From assembly GCF_009914755.1 (NCBI RefSeq), contig NC_060932.1: a stretch of 64,000 bases of DNA; one strand, given 5' to 3'. This stretch comes from the human T2T-CHM13v2.0 reference genome, Homo sapiens. The position numbers and the translations under genes were made by a program. Positions 32,751 to 46,723 of this stretch are shown piece after piece. The notes under the pieces were generated by a model, which worked only from the letters and a program-made list of their open reading frames with translations, was not told the DNA's origin and did no database searches. Each line of letters opens with the position of its first letter. Positions within the stretch are counted from its first letter, which is position 1.

Positions 32751-33873
32751 CTGATGGTCCCTAGAGGTATCAGCTACTCAGTCAGAAAACATACATGGGG
32801 AAGAAACTGAAGTTCATGCCACAAACTGTAGCAGCTTTGGAACAGAAGGGACCAGACAACCTCAAGGAGAATGGGCCCAAATACCAAAAATTTACTCTTG
32901 GTGACCCTTGTTGCTTCTACTGTACCAGGCAACTCTCTTGGGCAGGATTTTACTTTTGCACACTTAGAAAGATCCTGCACCAGGGAAAATCGGTCTCCTG
33001 GGGAGGTATTCCAGCAACCATGCAAGTCTGGAGGCGAAGGGGTTGGAGAACCAAATGCCCAAGGGCAGCTACTTAGCCAGCACCCACTACCTGCCTTCAT
33101 TAATTGTTCTCACAGGCAGGCCTTTTGAACCACCCTGGTACAGAACACCAACCCTGGTGCTTTAGGCTGTCTGTGCCATTTCTAGGCAATGAACGAGTAG
33201 TTACTGTACCAACTCAAAAAAAAAAAAAAACGGGATGAAGGACAGAGAATTAAACAATTCCATCCAGCTTATCCTTTCACTGCCACTTGGGTAACACACA
33301 GCCCCCAGCTGCAGTTGCTCAGCTCCTAGGCACATCAGCTCAATGTGGTCTGTAGTGTCAGCAGGGGAAGTTGTTTCTATTGTTTCCTGCAATCCAGGCT
33401 TCTCTTTGACTGCTATGGTTTCTCCAGGTTTATTTTTAGGGAGGAAGCTAGCAGTGTATGTACCATCTTGACAGTAACCAGAAGCCATGAAAGGAGTTCT
33501 AACTTGTGCCTCTGAGGAAAGTCTCTTTTTATATGCTGCTCAATGTCATTTACTCATCGAAAAGGTATTTATACAGTAAATTGCTAGGGGAAAATGCCTC
33601 AACTTTCTTACTGAACTTTCAGAATTCAGTGGTCAGATAATAATTGTTGATTTCCTAACCTTTAAAAATGTTAGAAAAACTTTTCATGTGATGTAATGTG
33701 ACATTTGGTTATGTTACAAATGGCATGTGGTTAAAACTGCTGAACATTATTATAATTTTATTAGTTTCCTATGTTGAATTGTTATCACATATTTTGTCCT
33801 ACCCAATTATCCAAATCCTTAGTGACTATTAATTACTGAGGAAAAGCAAGCATGGCCAAGTCAATGATATATG

Positions 33874-34915
33874 CAGGCACTCCTTGCTCTAGACAGGATC
33901 ATAAAAATGACTGTATGAGCTGAAACCATACATAGTAGTAGTCTTAATAATCAATGGGGAAAAATTATGATTGTTCTGTGACCTTTAAAATTTCCTGTCA
34001 AAACACTGAAATCTCTTTTACTGTTGTTTATAAATGTATAAGGAAATTAAAAAACATGGTAAAAGTTTTTTTTAGTATGCTGTAATTTAAAGCATTAGAA
34101 ATGGGACTTAAAGTGTTTAATACTTTTGTAAAAGAACTTATGAAGAATAGTTTGAGCAATGTTTGTCTTCTCATGTATAACTTATAGTACTAAGTGAGCA
34201 TTTTTTTCTAGGCTTTGGTGAATCTTGACAGCCCATTCTAAGTTTGGATCAGCTTCCAACATTTTATCCTTTGCACTTTCAACCTTGTGAAGTATCTCTG
34301 AGTATCCATTTAGGGTAAAGATTTTTAATGGCATCAGTTTCTCTGGGAGATCTTCATCCTTTTCATCACTACAAGTTTTTGCATTTCTGTTGGTAACTTC
34401 ACCTTCACCATGTTCTTCTGGCTGCAAATCTAGAGTCTCTCCATCAGTGGCAGTGTCAACATTCCATAATCAGCTATTTCTTCTAGAACTCTATTTACAT
34501 TCAATACAAATTTCACTTCTAGCATCATCACTTTTTCTATTTGTGTGTGTGTGTGGTGTTTCACTTTCATATTTGTTGGCCAGTTTCCTTTACTGATTAT
34601 CCATTTGTGTAAATATCACATGGGTTTACCTCTGGGAGACATGGTCCTGATACCAACACACACTTTGCTGTCTATGCATGAACTGAATAACTGAGACGCA
34701 GTGACCCATCACCAACAGACTGGAAGAAGTAGCATTAGTGGTCCATTGATTATGATAAGCATCTGCTATTAATGTAATGATCTGTGGGAAAAGAGCTGGC
34801 AGCAAAGTCTGTATTTTATGCAATTACTCCCACTTAATATACCGTGAAATTTGTTGGAGGATTGTTGTTATTTAAATAATTGTAACTGAAATTCATACAT
34901 ATAGAAAGTATGCAC
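33874..34915 (-). mobile_element. Tigger DNA transposon (Tigger13a-like) with transposase remnant
   Basis: Terminus caggcactccttgct; minus-strand remnant ESAKDKMLEADPNLE typical of Tigger/TIGD C-termini. Confidence 0.7.
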
Positions 34916-34972
34916 AGTTAAACTACCCATCTATATTTTATAACAAGGCCAGTCATTTACCAACTGGGTGAC

Positions 34973-36100
34973 TGTGGTGGCTATAAAAGTATGCCCTCAC
35001 ATGTCTGCTAGAGGAGGTGTTTGATGGATGGCTTCAGGTGCTGAGATTTGAGCCTACCACTGTGTTCCTGCCAGGCCCACATTTCCCATAGGCTGCTCCT
35101 GGCTAATGCCTAATTTTTGCAATGTCTGACTTGGGCAACTTTTGCTCAAGGATTCCCCACTAGCTGAGCTAAAACTTTTAGAAATGCATTCCAGTCTGTG
35201 GCTCTTCCTATGTAACCCTCCTTCCTTCCCTCTCTCCTTTACAGGGGTTACACCTGAATCCCGGTCCGAAGGCTGTCCCACCTCCTCTAACTCTTTCCCT
35301 TCTGGATATTTCCTTCAATAAATCTGTTGCACATCTAACCTCATTTTGGCATCTGCTTCTCAAAGGTTTTTTAATACAAATAATTCTGAGAGTGGGCCAA
35401 GAAAACAGGAGTAACATGAAGTTTGGAACTGGATCTGTCGCCACCTGGCAGGTGAAGAGAATACCATCATGAGTGCCATGGAAGATACAGGTAGTCCCTG
35501 GAGTTTAATTTCTCAGGTGGTGAACTGGAGAAATGTCCAGATGAAGTAGAATGATTACAGATGTGATGATTTGAGCATTTGGAAGAACACATACAAAGTC
35601 TGCAGAGCTGGCTAGTTATTGCTAAGTTGTATAAGTGCCCCTCAGAAGGATAACTAGAAAGAGGGTCATTAACAAGCAGTTACAGGGTGACAAAGAGGTC
35701 CTTCTCTCTTGTGCTGAAAGAGTAGAGGTAGTTAGGCAGTAGACTGACGATCCAATAGAGTCATGGATGCCAGAGACGTTTGAATGCTCGGTCAAGGCAC
35801 GTCTGCCAGGTTAAGGTCAGAGCACTGGTTAAGAAAACCTGAGATCCTGAAGTTCAGGTTGGGGACAAGACATCAGTTAATTTATTTTATTTGTTTGTTT
35901 ATTTATTTAGAGATGGGGTCTTGCTATGTTGCCCAGGCTGAATTTGAACTCCTGGGTTCAAGCAGCCCTCCTGCTTTAGCTTCCTCAGTAGCTAGAACTG
36001 TAGGTGCTTGCCATTGTGCCAGGCCCAGGGACAGGAAATCTAAATGGTTGACTCTGAGTATGTTGACTCTGCGCAACCTCCGGAGCCACAGAGCTTATGA
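34973..36100 (+). mobile_element. LTR16-like ERVL LTR (to ~35379) followed by internal sequence
   Basis: tgtggtggctataaa...caataaatctgttgcacatctaacctcattttggcatctgcttctca, then gagagtgggccaagaaaacagg. Confidence 0.7.
35880..36027 (-). mobile_element. FLAM/Alu monomer
   Basis: gagatggggtcttgctatgttgcccaggctg...single arm with (ttta) tail. Confidence 0.85.
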
Positions 36101-36817
36101 TGGGGGGGACCACCCTCTTCTAGTACAAGCTAGCACTCCTGGTTCTGGAAGCCACTGCACAAGCTGCTCGGCAGAGGCAACAGGTGCCCCTCAGGGGCTG
36201 CCCCACCCACTCTTCTGGCTGCCAGTTGGTAACCAGCCAGTTGTTAATCTCATGGTATTGTCCCTCCAGTAGGAATGATGGAAAATAATGATAACACAAG
36301 AAGTTGTGGGAAGACAAAGGAGGATAACTTAATTCAGTCTTGATCAAAGGAGGGATAGAGAGAATAGACTACTCAGCAAAAGTCAGGCATGAATTGGGGG
36401 TGTAAACCCTGGTGGAAGAGGAATATTCACATGGAAGAGAAGAGGAGAGGGAGGGGAGTTCTACATAAAAGGCATGGCATGTGTAGGGGCAGAGAGGTTT
36501 TAGAAAATACAACATTTTCAGAAGCTGAAAACAGTTCAGTATATCAGAAGCACAGGCAATATCAAGGAATACTGAGAGATGAGATACAGGTTGTGCAAGT
36601 GTCTTGCATGTTATCATATTTAGCTTTTGTGAAGAACAGTATGAGTAAGCCCAGGATGAATTTAGCTGTAGAGGGAGGGTGAATTACGTGATTACACTCA
36701 TGTTTATCAACAATTACTTAGTGTCATAAAATTATGTATGCATATATGCACTAATGTAGTTATCCTTCTTTTAATTCAGTTGGTAGCGGAAATGAAGTTG
36801 TTAGTTTTCAATAAAAA

Positions 36818-37371
36818 TGTTACAGGAAAGAGGTCCCGATCCAGACCCCCAGGGAGGGTTCTTGGATCTCCTGCAAGAAAGAATTCATGGCAAATCTGTA
36901 GAGTAAAGTGAAAGCCACTTTATTAATAAAGTAGAGAAATAAAAGAGTGGCTACTCCATAGACAGAGCAGCACTGAGGGCTGCTGGTTGCCCATTTTTAT
37001 GATTATTTCTTGATGATATGCTAAACAAGGAGTGGATTATTTATGCCTCCTCTTTCTAGACCATATAGGGTAACTTCCTGTCATTGCCCTGGCATTTGTA
37101 AGCTGTTGTGGTGCTGGTGGGAGTGTAGCAGTGAGGATGACCAGAGGTCACCCTTGTGGCCATCTTGGTTTTGGTGGGTTTTAGCTGGCTTCTTTACTGC
37201 AACCTGTTTTATCAGCAAGATCTTTATGGCCTGTATCTTGTGCCAACCTCCTCTCTCATCCTGTGACTTAGAATGCCTTAACTGTCTGGGAATGCAGCCC
37301 ATTTCATCTCAGCCTTATTTTACCCAGCTCCTATTCAAGATGGAGCTCCTCTGTTTCAAATGCTTCTGACA
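36818..37371 (-). mobile_element. MER41A solo LTR (ERV1)
   Basis: 554 bp, tgttacaggaaagaggtcccgatccagacccc...tgcttctgaca; aaaa on both sides. Confidence 0.88.
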
Positions 37372-37832
37372 AAAACATTCACGATATAAACTTTATTTTT
37401 AAGATTAGATGGAATTAGAGCTATAAATTGACGTGGAACTCGCCCCCTTAAAATGTCTGTGGAGATTGTATAGGTGGTTTAGAAAATCCAGTCAAGTTGA
37501 ATTCACTAGATTTTCATCTGAATCCTGTTCCTCAGGAGGCCTTTTTTTTTTCAGTAGGAAGACCAATTTTTAGTGTCTGTTTTTCACAGAACTCTTCCAG
37601 TCAGTATTTGTTCTAATAGTTGAAAGAGAATGACTTTAGAAAGTTATTTGTGGAGGCTCAGAAGCCACAGGGAAATAAAAAGATTTGAAAATTGTTATAA
37701 AAATTAAAGGTTATGGAGGAAGGACAGCTCTGTAATACAGAGCCTTGGATACATACACTTCTTCCTGGAATCTTGACTTCATGAGAACCTGGGCTGACAG
37801 AAAATAATGCCTTGGACCTCACCTCTGTGTGA

Positions 37833-38185
<353 letters not shown>

Positions 38186-41100
38186 TGTTTTGTATTTCTT
38201 AGTGAGATAGCAAATCGTTGGAAAGTTGGTTCCATTAAGGAGCTGTATAAAAGATTAGGATTTATTTTAAATGTTGTTACAAGGGTTATTTGATGTTTCA
38301 GACCTGAAGATCCAAAGCAACACAATAAGAGAAAAATATTTTGTCTGACCAACTTGGATTTTGTTTTGTGTGGGATAGAAGGAGATGCATCAAATTCTTT
38401 CCTGGAATTTTCCCTAGGATTCTCTAAGTGTGGGGTTAACTATTATTTTTATATCTATATTTTTGTTTGTTAATGGGATATTAAAAATGGACTTGATGAG
38501 AACTGAAAATGTCATTTCCTGATTGGGCAGGATTTGACTGATCAATGGAAAACAGTTTTGTCATGGCTTCAAATGGATTCCCTGTGAATCCTTCCAGTAC
38601 TTCCAATTCCAGATGCTTCATAAAAGCCATCAGTATAATGAATTAGACAGAAATATGAATCCCTCATATGGTATTTTGACCCCAGCTGGTAATATGACTG
38701 TGATCCGAGGCAAGAATTTCCAGAAGTACTAAATGCAATTGGAATAGCAGCAATAGATATTAGTTTCAGCTATCATGGTATCAGATTTTCATTCTCCTCC
38801 AGCCTGGTGCTACATGAAGAATACAAGCAGTCCTGTGAGATACTTCCCGAGTCTGAAGCTTTTATGTCCGGATCCCCAGAATCTAAATCCCTACTTGCAC
38901 AACAAAAAGAGAACCTGGAAAATATGTTGGGAAATGAGAGTGGGGATAACAAACCTAACATTCGTTAGGAATCTGTCCAACATGGCTCACAATGTGGTGC
39001 ACTGACAGTAAAGTGGCCCAGCCCCCTGGGCCCCAGAGGAAGAGTTAAAAGACACCCAGCAGCTGTTCCCTTTTCTCCGGAGGCCAGAAGAGGAAATGGG
39101 TTTATGCTGGAGCAGGAGGGATTTAGCCTGGTATATGAAAGGATTTCTGCCTCAAGGTAATGCTTTCTCACGAACAGCACAATCACATCACCTGCTTCTG
39201 TTATTTAAAAACACAGAATCTAGTGTCTTCTGATGGCAGGTTAGAGACCACTGATCCCTGGAGTTCCAGAGGCCCACTGGATGGCTCTTTTTAATATTCC
39301 GGAAAGCCTAATCATAGAGATTAAACATTTAAACACTATTATTCTGCTCCTCGAATAGACTACTAAGAATATCTTTCTGAAAACCTTTTAATGGAATGAT
39401 ATTGGCTCAGTATTATCTCATGTTGGTCATATGCTCTTATTTTAATAAATGTTTTCTGTGAATACAAATAGAGAATTCATTGTGACTTAATTTTAATCAT
39501 TTGTTTGCTGGTCAAAATTCTACAAAAACTCGGGCCCAATGAAAAAGAAGTAAAAAATTAAAAAGAAGCTCTTGGTGTTAAAAGGCAGGAATCTGCTTTT
39601 CTATCTACTTTTTAAAGAAGGGGACAGCAGAATGTATTACACTAGACTTGGGGTTCAGATACATCTGGGTTAGACGTCTAACACTTTATGTACTGTCTAC
39701 AAGCACTTTTTCTAGCCTCAAAAACCCTTTACTTTGCTCATTTTAAAATAACGATAATACTCAACTTGCAGATAAATTGTGACTATCATATGAGAAAATA
39801 TCACATGTGATATGTGCACACACAAGACTAGCCTTGAAGGCCTCTTGTTCTGAGGAATATGGGAACACAGAAATAAATTTTCCAGAAAAGAAATCAACAA
39901 ATACTTGAAGTCATGCAATTACAAAAGGAGAAATGTCAAATGATCTTCAAAATGACGAAGTCATACGACCATTGCCTCAAACTCACATGCTTGTCTGTTA
40001 GTTTGTCTTCACTATATAAATGGAAGGGACTGTTGCAAAAACATAAGCAATAAGAATGAAGAGCTTTCATTAGTGACAGCGATTTTATTTATTTATCTTT
40101 TTGCTGTCTCTGCCTTCTTGGTTATTGGTCTTTTTACTAACAGAGCTTTAACACAGTTGGTTATGTATTCAGCTCATATATTATTTATAGGTTCTATGTG
40201 TTGTGATTTATTCATTGACTTCTCAAGGCTTAACCATTCTTTAATCCATTGAAAAATAAATGTGATGTACTTCTTCGGAGCTGCTGTCCATATTTTTTTT
40301 ATTTCTTTCGGCATTTTACCAACAGCTCACTCTTACAAAAGAGATAACAGGGAACCTAAGTTCCTGCATTAGACCATATCTTTCTTTGGATTACACCAAA
40401 TCTTTTTATTGCCTTCGAGTTGGATGGGCTGTCCTGCTTCTCTTATTCATGTGTAGGTGATATTTTGCTTTGTCCATTCTGCAGGTTATCCAGGTGTTTT
40501 ACAGACAAGGCTGAATGGGAGAAGACGCCCCACCTCCTACAGGAAAGGGCTAATGGCAGCTGCCTGGATATGGCAGCAATTTTGGAGGTGGACAACAATT
40601 CAGTGTAGACACGTTTGTGGCTCTTCTATGGAAAATGCCAGCCTGCTTTCCCAGGAGTATCTCACTTGGAGCTTCTCTTTCTGCTTTACTTGTAGCAATT
40701 TATTACCGAAGCCATCAGCTGTATATTTAATCTTGTTTTGAGGTTTCCAAATAGGAATAATTCAAAAGTAGACCTGGATGGTTTAGGTTAGACAGACACA
40801 TGGCTATGATGAATATCAGTCCTTGGCAAGGTTGATTTATGTACTCTTTTCAAGTAATAAGGAAACATCTCTAACTATTTTATGTTACAAGAAAGAAATT
40901 TATAATATGAAAGGCTGAATGTTTCTATTTTTTAAAGCAAATCAGAAAATAATTGTGTGGCTGCATATGGTGAAGAGGTAAAATTTGGATAGGATAATCT
41001 TTTCAGGCAAAATTATTTCAAAGTTTGAAAGGATTCTTTTAAAAGAAAGAGTGTGTAGAAATATATAAAATACATCATGTTCCTGTATTAGACAAGAATT

Positions 41101-42167
41101 CCAGAGAGGCTGGAAGTTTCATCCTCAGAAGTTTATACTTAAAAGATAAACTCGAGCTGTGTGTTTCCCCTAGGGGCTGGCTCAGCCATTAGAAGACCAA
41201 CCATGTCCACAAAGGCCAACACTGTCAGCCTGTCCAAAGTTCATCTTCCTAGTGGAACTTGCCTCAAAATGCAATTAGTAGGACATTTGTAGAAATCTTT
41301 TCAGTGTATGGTTACAGAGAGTGTCAGGTTGACTCTGCTTGGAAGAAGAAGGCAAGACCTTCTGCTATTCATCTCTGAAAAGTGCAAAGATCATTCGTTT
41401 GGATCGCAATGTATTCAACATTTAAATGCACTTACTCATACAGTCCTAACTGCCCTTCCCATGGCCATTCATGGAGATGCTTCCCAAGATGTTACACAGC
41501 CAGTGGCATAAACTCCATCCTGTGTTCCTCACTCATGATTTGGAGAGCCTCTGTCATAGCTTTTTACTTTCTCTTTTTTCTCACTTCAGATGTGGATTAA
41601 AGTCTGCACTCACAGCTTTCTCCGATAGTTTAAGGATATTTGATCCTTCAGTATTTATCCATTATTGGCTCTGTTTACCCAAGGGAAAATTAAGTGCAGG
41701 GCCTTAGAACAGTAAGCGCTTTAATACGCGGATGCATATGCTGATCTCTGACAGATGTTGGTCTTTGGGAACAACAGAAAGGGGAGGTACGTCATTCACT
41801 TGGGAAGCTGCTTGTGCAAATTGACTGATCCTGCAGGTGCCCGGGCAGCGTGGCCATGAGCCACGAGCAATGGTGAGAAAAATGTCTGGTGCAGGGGCAA
41901 CTACTGAAATATTACGATCTTTCACACACATACCCAGCCAGCTGGCAGGGGATTCCGAGCAGTGCCTCCTAGGAAAAACAGTGGTTCTAAAAGGTTTTCA
42001 TTTTAATTATATTACTGGGCTTTAAGGTTTAATTTTGTGTTTTCTATGAAAAGAGAAGTTTTATTTGTAGTTGTTACTAGGCAATCTTATTTCTAAGTCT
42101 ACTGAGTTATGATCATTTTCTCAGGTTAAAATGCATATTAGGCAAGGTGGCTTTTGTGCTTGTCAAG

Positions 42168-42168
42168 T

Positions 42169-42207
<39 letters not shown>
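42168..42207. repeat. (TG)n microsatellite
   Basis: Directly visible. Confidence 0.95.
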
Positions 42208-42208
<1 letters not shown>

Positions 42209-42264
42209 TCTCCTATATATTTGAGGTAGAAGAAAGCCCTTCAGGTAGATTTTGGTAAAGATTT

Positions 42265-42554
42265 TTTGGTTGTTTTTGAGACAGGGTTCTGCTCTGTTGC
42301 CCAGGCTGGAGTGCAGTGATGCAATAACAGCTCAGTGCAGCCTCGACCTCCCGGGCTCAAGCAATCCTCCCACCTCAGCCTCCAAAGTAGCTGAGACTAC
42401 AGGTATGCACCACCATGCAAGACTAATTTTTAATTTTTTTGTAGAGTCAAAGTCTCACTCTGTTGCCCAGGCTGGTCTCAAACTCCTGGGCTTAAGCGAT
42501 CTTCCCATGCTGGACTCCCAAAGTGTTGGGATTACAGGCATCAGCCACCCCAGC
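42265..42554 (-). mobile_element. AluJ-like SINE
   Basis: gagacagggttctgctctgttgcccaggctggagtgcagtg...cagcctcgacctcccgggctcaagc. Confidence 0.93.
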
Positions 42555-44029
42555 AAAGACTCTTTTGTTTCTGGTTTAACATTTAAAACTAGAAAATTTT
42601 GCTCTTTAAGGAGCCCCATAGCAATAAGGTGACATCTTTGTGCAACTGCATATTTTCCATTGCCCTGGTCATTTGTATGAGGGGGGGCAAATGCAGGGCT
42701 GCCCCAAGAGTGCCTTGAGGGCAGGGCTGTGTCTTAGTCACCTGGGCATTCCCTGTGCCTCCTGTGGTGCCTGTCACATGATGGGTGGGTGCTTATGTGC
42801 TCAGTGAAGTCAAGCTCCTGACAGAGACAGGTGTCCCAAGCTCCCTACGCAATTGCCATTGTGCATGATATTCCTAAAAGGGAAGAAACCCTGCAAGAGC
42901 AGTCATGACTCTGAGACTTTCAGAACTTTAGGAAAACTTTATTTTCATTGTGTGTATAAAACTCTTGTTTTTTCAACCACCAGCTGATATTGTGACATCA
43001 CTGGTCTAAATTACCAACAACATTTTGTCTGATGTAGGTACTCTCTAGTAGGACTCTGGATAGATGCCATTACCCTGAGACCTCAACATTTATGAAGAGT
43101 TGCAGACCTGGAAGCCAGTCTGCTGGGGTTCAAATCCAGACTCTGTGGCTTCCTGGGTAATTTTGATGGCTCAGCCTCTGGCTAGATCAGTTGGTGTGAG
43201 GATTAAATGAACCAATCCATGTAAGTGCTCAGATCGGAGCTGTGCACACACTACATACCCAATACGCATTACCGTATTTGATTACTGATTTCTCTGATAA
43301 CCTCTTTTCCAGGGAATGAGGTGAAATCTAGAGGGAATTCTTGAATTTTTCCTTCCCTGCAGTGACTCAGAATGTGGTACTATCGGGGCTTTCTGAGACC
43401 TCAGTTCGGCTCCTCCCCTCGCCCTGCAGGCTGGTTCTGACTCTCCACACCAGCTCTGCTCCATGCTGTGGCTGCCTCGCCCCTGTCCCTTGTCTTGGTT
43501 CTAGGTCTGGATGGTCCCGGACTCTAACCCACATTCAGCTCAGACTCACCCTGGTGCCAATCGCCCACACTATCCTGTGTGTTGTCACTTTAAGTGACTG
43601 AAGGTCTCTTTCTAACATTTTAACTCAAGGGATTTGAATCAAGTTTCCTGTTTCTTAGGGAAGACAGGGATTCACTTTTCAAGAACATGGATCAAGTAGC
43701 CACTCAGTGGAAAGCACTGCTCTCAGTGCCTGGGACACAGCGGTGAACAAAACAAAATCTCTGTGTTCATGGAGATCACATGCTAGTGAGGGAGTCAGAT
43801 AGGAAGCAAATGGATATTTGATTGAATGCCAAGTTTCTGGTGCAGTCAAATTTTCTCAAGGGTTGCAAAGTAGTCATCGCAATTTCCACCTAGGGAATAT
43901 TTACCCCTATGGGGCAAATCTGTCCATTTCTGCCCATCTGAGCAAGTAAAACACAGGACTGCCACAGTTATTGCGGAGCTCCATGAAGCAAGCAAGAGTC
44001 ATCACATTGATTTATTCTCTTCCTTCCAG

Positions 44030-44155
44030 GAAAATATTTGCAATACCTGCCACGTCCAAGGTTCAGCTGAGGCCAATGTAAAGCCAGTATTATAGGACAC
44101 TTCTCAGACTGAGAGCCCAATGTCGTTGGAAACCACTGGGCCACAGGAAAGGCAG
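44030..44155 (+). ncRNA. Candidate non-coding exon
   Basis: Acceptor tttattctcttccttccag and donor CAG|gtaaga; 126 bp; stops in all three frames. Confidence 0.4.
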
Positions 44156-44169
44156 GTAAGAATCATGGT

Positions 44170-44740
44170 TATAGATTCAGGTTTGGTGTCAGACAACTGC
44201 TTTAACTTAGGTTCACCATCACTTGCCAGTAGAATAACCATGAGCAAATTACTTAGCCTCTCTGTCTTAGTCTTCTAGGGTTGCTGTAACAGAATACCAC
44301 AGACCGGGTGGCTTCAACAACATACATTTATTTCTTTGAAGCCTGGGAAGTCTGAGATCAGGGTGCCGGTATGGCCTGGTTTTGGTGAGGACTATCTTGC
44401 TGCTTTGAAGATGGCAGTCTTATGTCCTCACATGGGACAGAAAGTGAGCTCTAGTCTTTCTCTTCTTGTAAGAACACTAATCTCATTATGGTGACTCCAC
44501 CCCTATGATATCATCTAAGCCTGATTACCTTCCAAAGGCCCCCACCTTCAAATACCATCACATTGGGGTTTAAGGCTTCTACAGATGAATTTGAGGATGG
44601 GCGACACAAAAATACAGCCCATAACACTCTCTAAATCTCAATTTTCTCATCTTTATAATGGGGATATGTAAGTATTTAGGTCATAGAGTTTCATGAAGTT
44701 TAAATGAGCTTATGCACCCAAGATTTGACACAGTACAAAA
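44170..44740 (+). mobile_element. MIR interrupted by MLT1A
   Basis: gagcaaattacttagcctctc ... ctcaattttctcatctttataatggggata. Confidence 0.7.
44263..44626 (-). mobile_element. MLT1A-like MaLR solo LTR
   Basis: tgtcttagtc...aataccacagaccgggtggctt...cagcccataaca; ctctc TSD on both sides. Confidence 0.85.
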
Positions 44741-45249
44741 TAAACTGTACCTGATGTTTAAAGTCAAGCTCTTTTGGCCCCAGAAAGTCAATAAACCCAT
44801 TTAGAGCATTCAAGAAGGCAGAGCTACTGTTTATCTTATCTGGGCTGCCACAGGTGTGGTGGGGGTTTCCCAGGAGGCAGCAATATTTTGTTAAATAGAG
44901 TAGCCTCTTGGATACCTGGTGAAACCAAATCTCTTAGACATCATCTGTGAACATGATGAGCAAAGCCAGTCCTTAGGGAGATGGCACCCTTAGGAAGCAG
45001 GCAGGGGGTTAAGTCGGGCAGTTCAGGGCAAGTCTTCAGTGATGGGGAGGAGCAAGTGTGGAAGGGAAATCAGATTACACAGAAGCTGGGAGACAGGAAA
45101 AATGATACTGTAGTTCGTTTTTCTGAACTGGCTGAGCAGACAGATACCTCATAATTCATGGGGGCCCAGGCCTGTGTTAGCAGATGAATCCCGATGCTGA
45201 GTGCCTGGCTTGGAATCATTGGCAAGAGGTAGGGGTTTAGGGGAGGTGA

Positions 45250-45497
45250 TTTATTATTTTATTTTTATTTTTATTACTTTTTGAGACAAGATCTTGCTTT
45301 GTCACCTGTGCTACAGTGCTGTGGTGCAATTACAACTCATTGCAGCCTCTACCTCCCCAGCTCAAGGGCCCTCACACCTCAGCCCCCAAGTAGCTGGGAC
45401 TAGAGTTGTGCACCACCACATTTGGCTAATTTCTTTTTTTTTTCTTTTTTTTTTTTTTTTTTGGTAGAGACAGGGTCTTCTTGTATTGCCCAGGCTG
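45250..45497 (-). mobile_element. Truncated AluJ-like SINE
   Basis: Right arm plus start of left arm; ends at ttgcccaggctgg. Confidence 0.85.
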
Positions 45498-46313
45498 GGG
45501 AGGGGGCTTAATACAGGTATAACAGGATCATAAATTTATTCACATAATTCAGCTGTGCAATGAAATTCTACATATTTATTTTTTTACATATTTATTTTTC
45601 TATAAATTCTACAAATTCTATCTATTTATTTTTCTCAGCTGATCTAATCTTCATGGGCCCCACCTGCTGGATCGTGGGGTGATCAAGGACTTCCAATTAA
45701 ATTCCAAGCTCACTCTCTTCCACTGTGATAATTTCTTTTGAACTATTCTTTCAAACTCTCAGTTTCTGTCAGATAAATATTTAGCTAAGGGAGCTGTGTT
45801 AGTTTGTCTTCTAAATGTGAGAGAGGGCCTGGGTAAAAAAAAAAACTTATATTTCTTCTCACAGACAATACTGAAGGAAAGATTTAATTAGGGTGTCTCT
45901 ACAAATGCAGATTTTTCATGATTTCCTTGCAAGCTTCCCTTCTGCCTCGCTTTTTCCTCCTCTGGAGCTCACATCCTCCTCCCTTAGCCCAAGGGAATCC
46001 AGTGCTTGCACTCTTTGTAAAGGAGCATGGTCTGGTGCCAGAATCCTCTGTACCTAGCAGATACTCCTCCAGGGAAGATGTGCAAAGAGGGCAGCTTAGG
46101 CAGGTGCAAATTTTAGGGTAAAACTTTAGACCCCAACGCTCAAAAATGAGGAAGACTTTTTCCCTGCGTACTTCAAGTGTCACTACTGGCTAGTCTCATA
46201 GACATAAAATAAGCTTTGGTTATTAAACATGCTTTTTGAAATATATAAATAGACGACACTATATGTCCTAAAAACTGTTATCCTAGTTGCTTAAAATGCA
46301 TATTTATATACAG

Positions 46314-46723
46314 TGATATGGTTTGGATCTGTGTCCGCACCTCAATCTCATGGTCAATTGTAATCCCCAATTGTTGGAGGTAGGGCCTGGTGGGAGGTGA
46401 TTCGATCATGGGGGGTGTTTCTCGTGGTTTAACACCATCCCCCTTGGTGCTGTCCTCTCGATGGTGAGTTCTCGTGAGATCTGGTTGTTGAAAAGTGTGT
46501 GGCACCTCCCCCCAGGCTCTCTCAGTCCTGCTCCTGCCATGGAAGAAGCCTGCTCCCACCATGCCTTCTGCCACGAGTAAAAGTTCCCTGAGGCCTCCCC
46601 AGAAGCAGATGCTGTCGTGCTTCCTGTATAGCTGCAGAACTGTGAGCGAACTAAGCCTCTTTTCTTTATAAATTACCCAATCTCAAGTATTTATTTATAG
46701 CAATGTGGGAATGAATGAATACA
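46314..46723 (+). mobile_element. MSTA/MSTB-like MaLR solo LTR
   Basis: tgatatggtttggatctgtgtcc...tttatagcaatgtgggaatgaatgaataca; tacag TSD on both sides. Confidence 0.9.

Noticed and set aside
32774-33488. Cluster of 85-108 aa ORFs on both strands
   Set aside because: No recognisable domain or convincing splice boundaries; adjoins ancient L1 sequence
34182-34427. Domesticated TIGD-like gene
   Set aside because: Only a short C-terminal remnant within a non-autonomous Tigger; no catalytic domain ORF
39798-39813. Perfect 16-bp palindrome atatcacatgtgatat (and 14-bp tttgtgtacacaaa at 63257-63270)
   Set aside because: About the number expected by chance in 64 kb of AT-rich DNA; no supporting context
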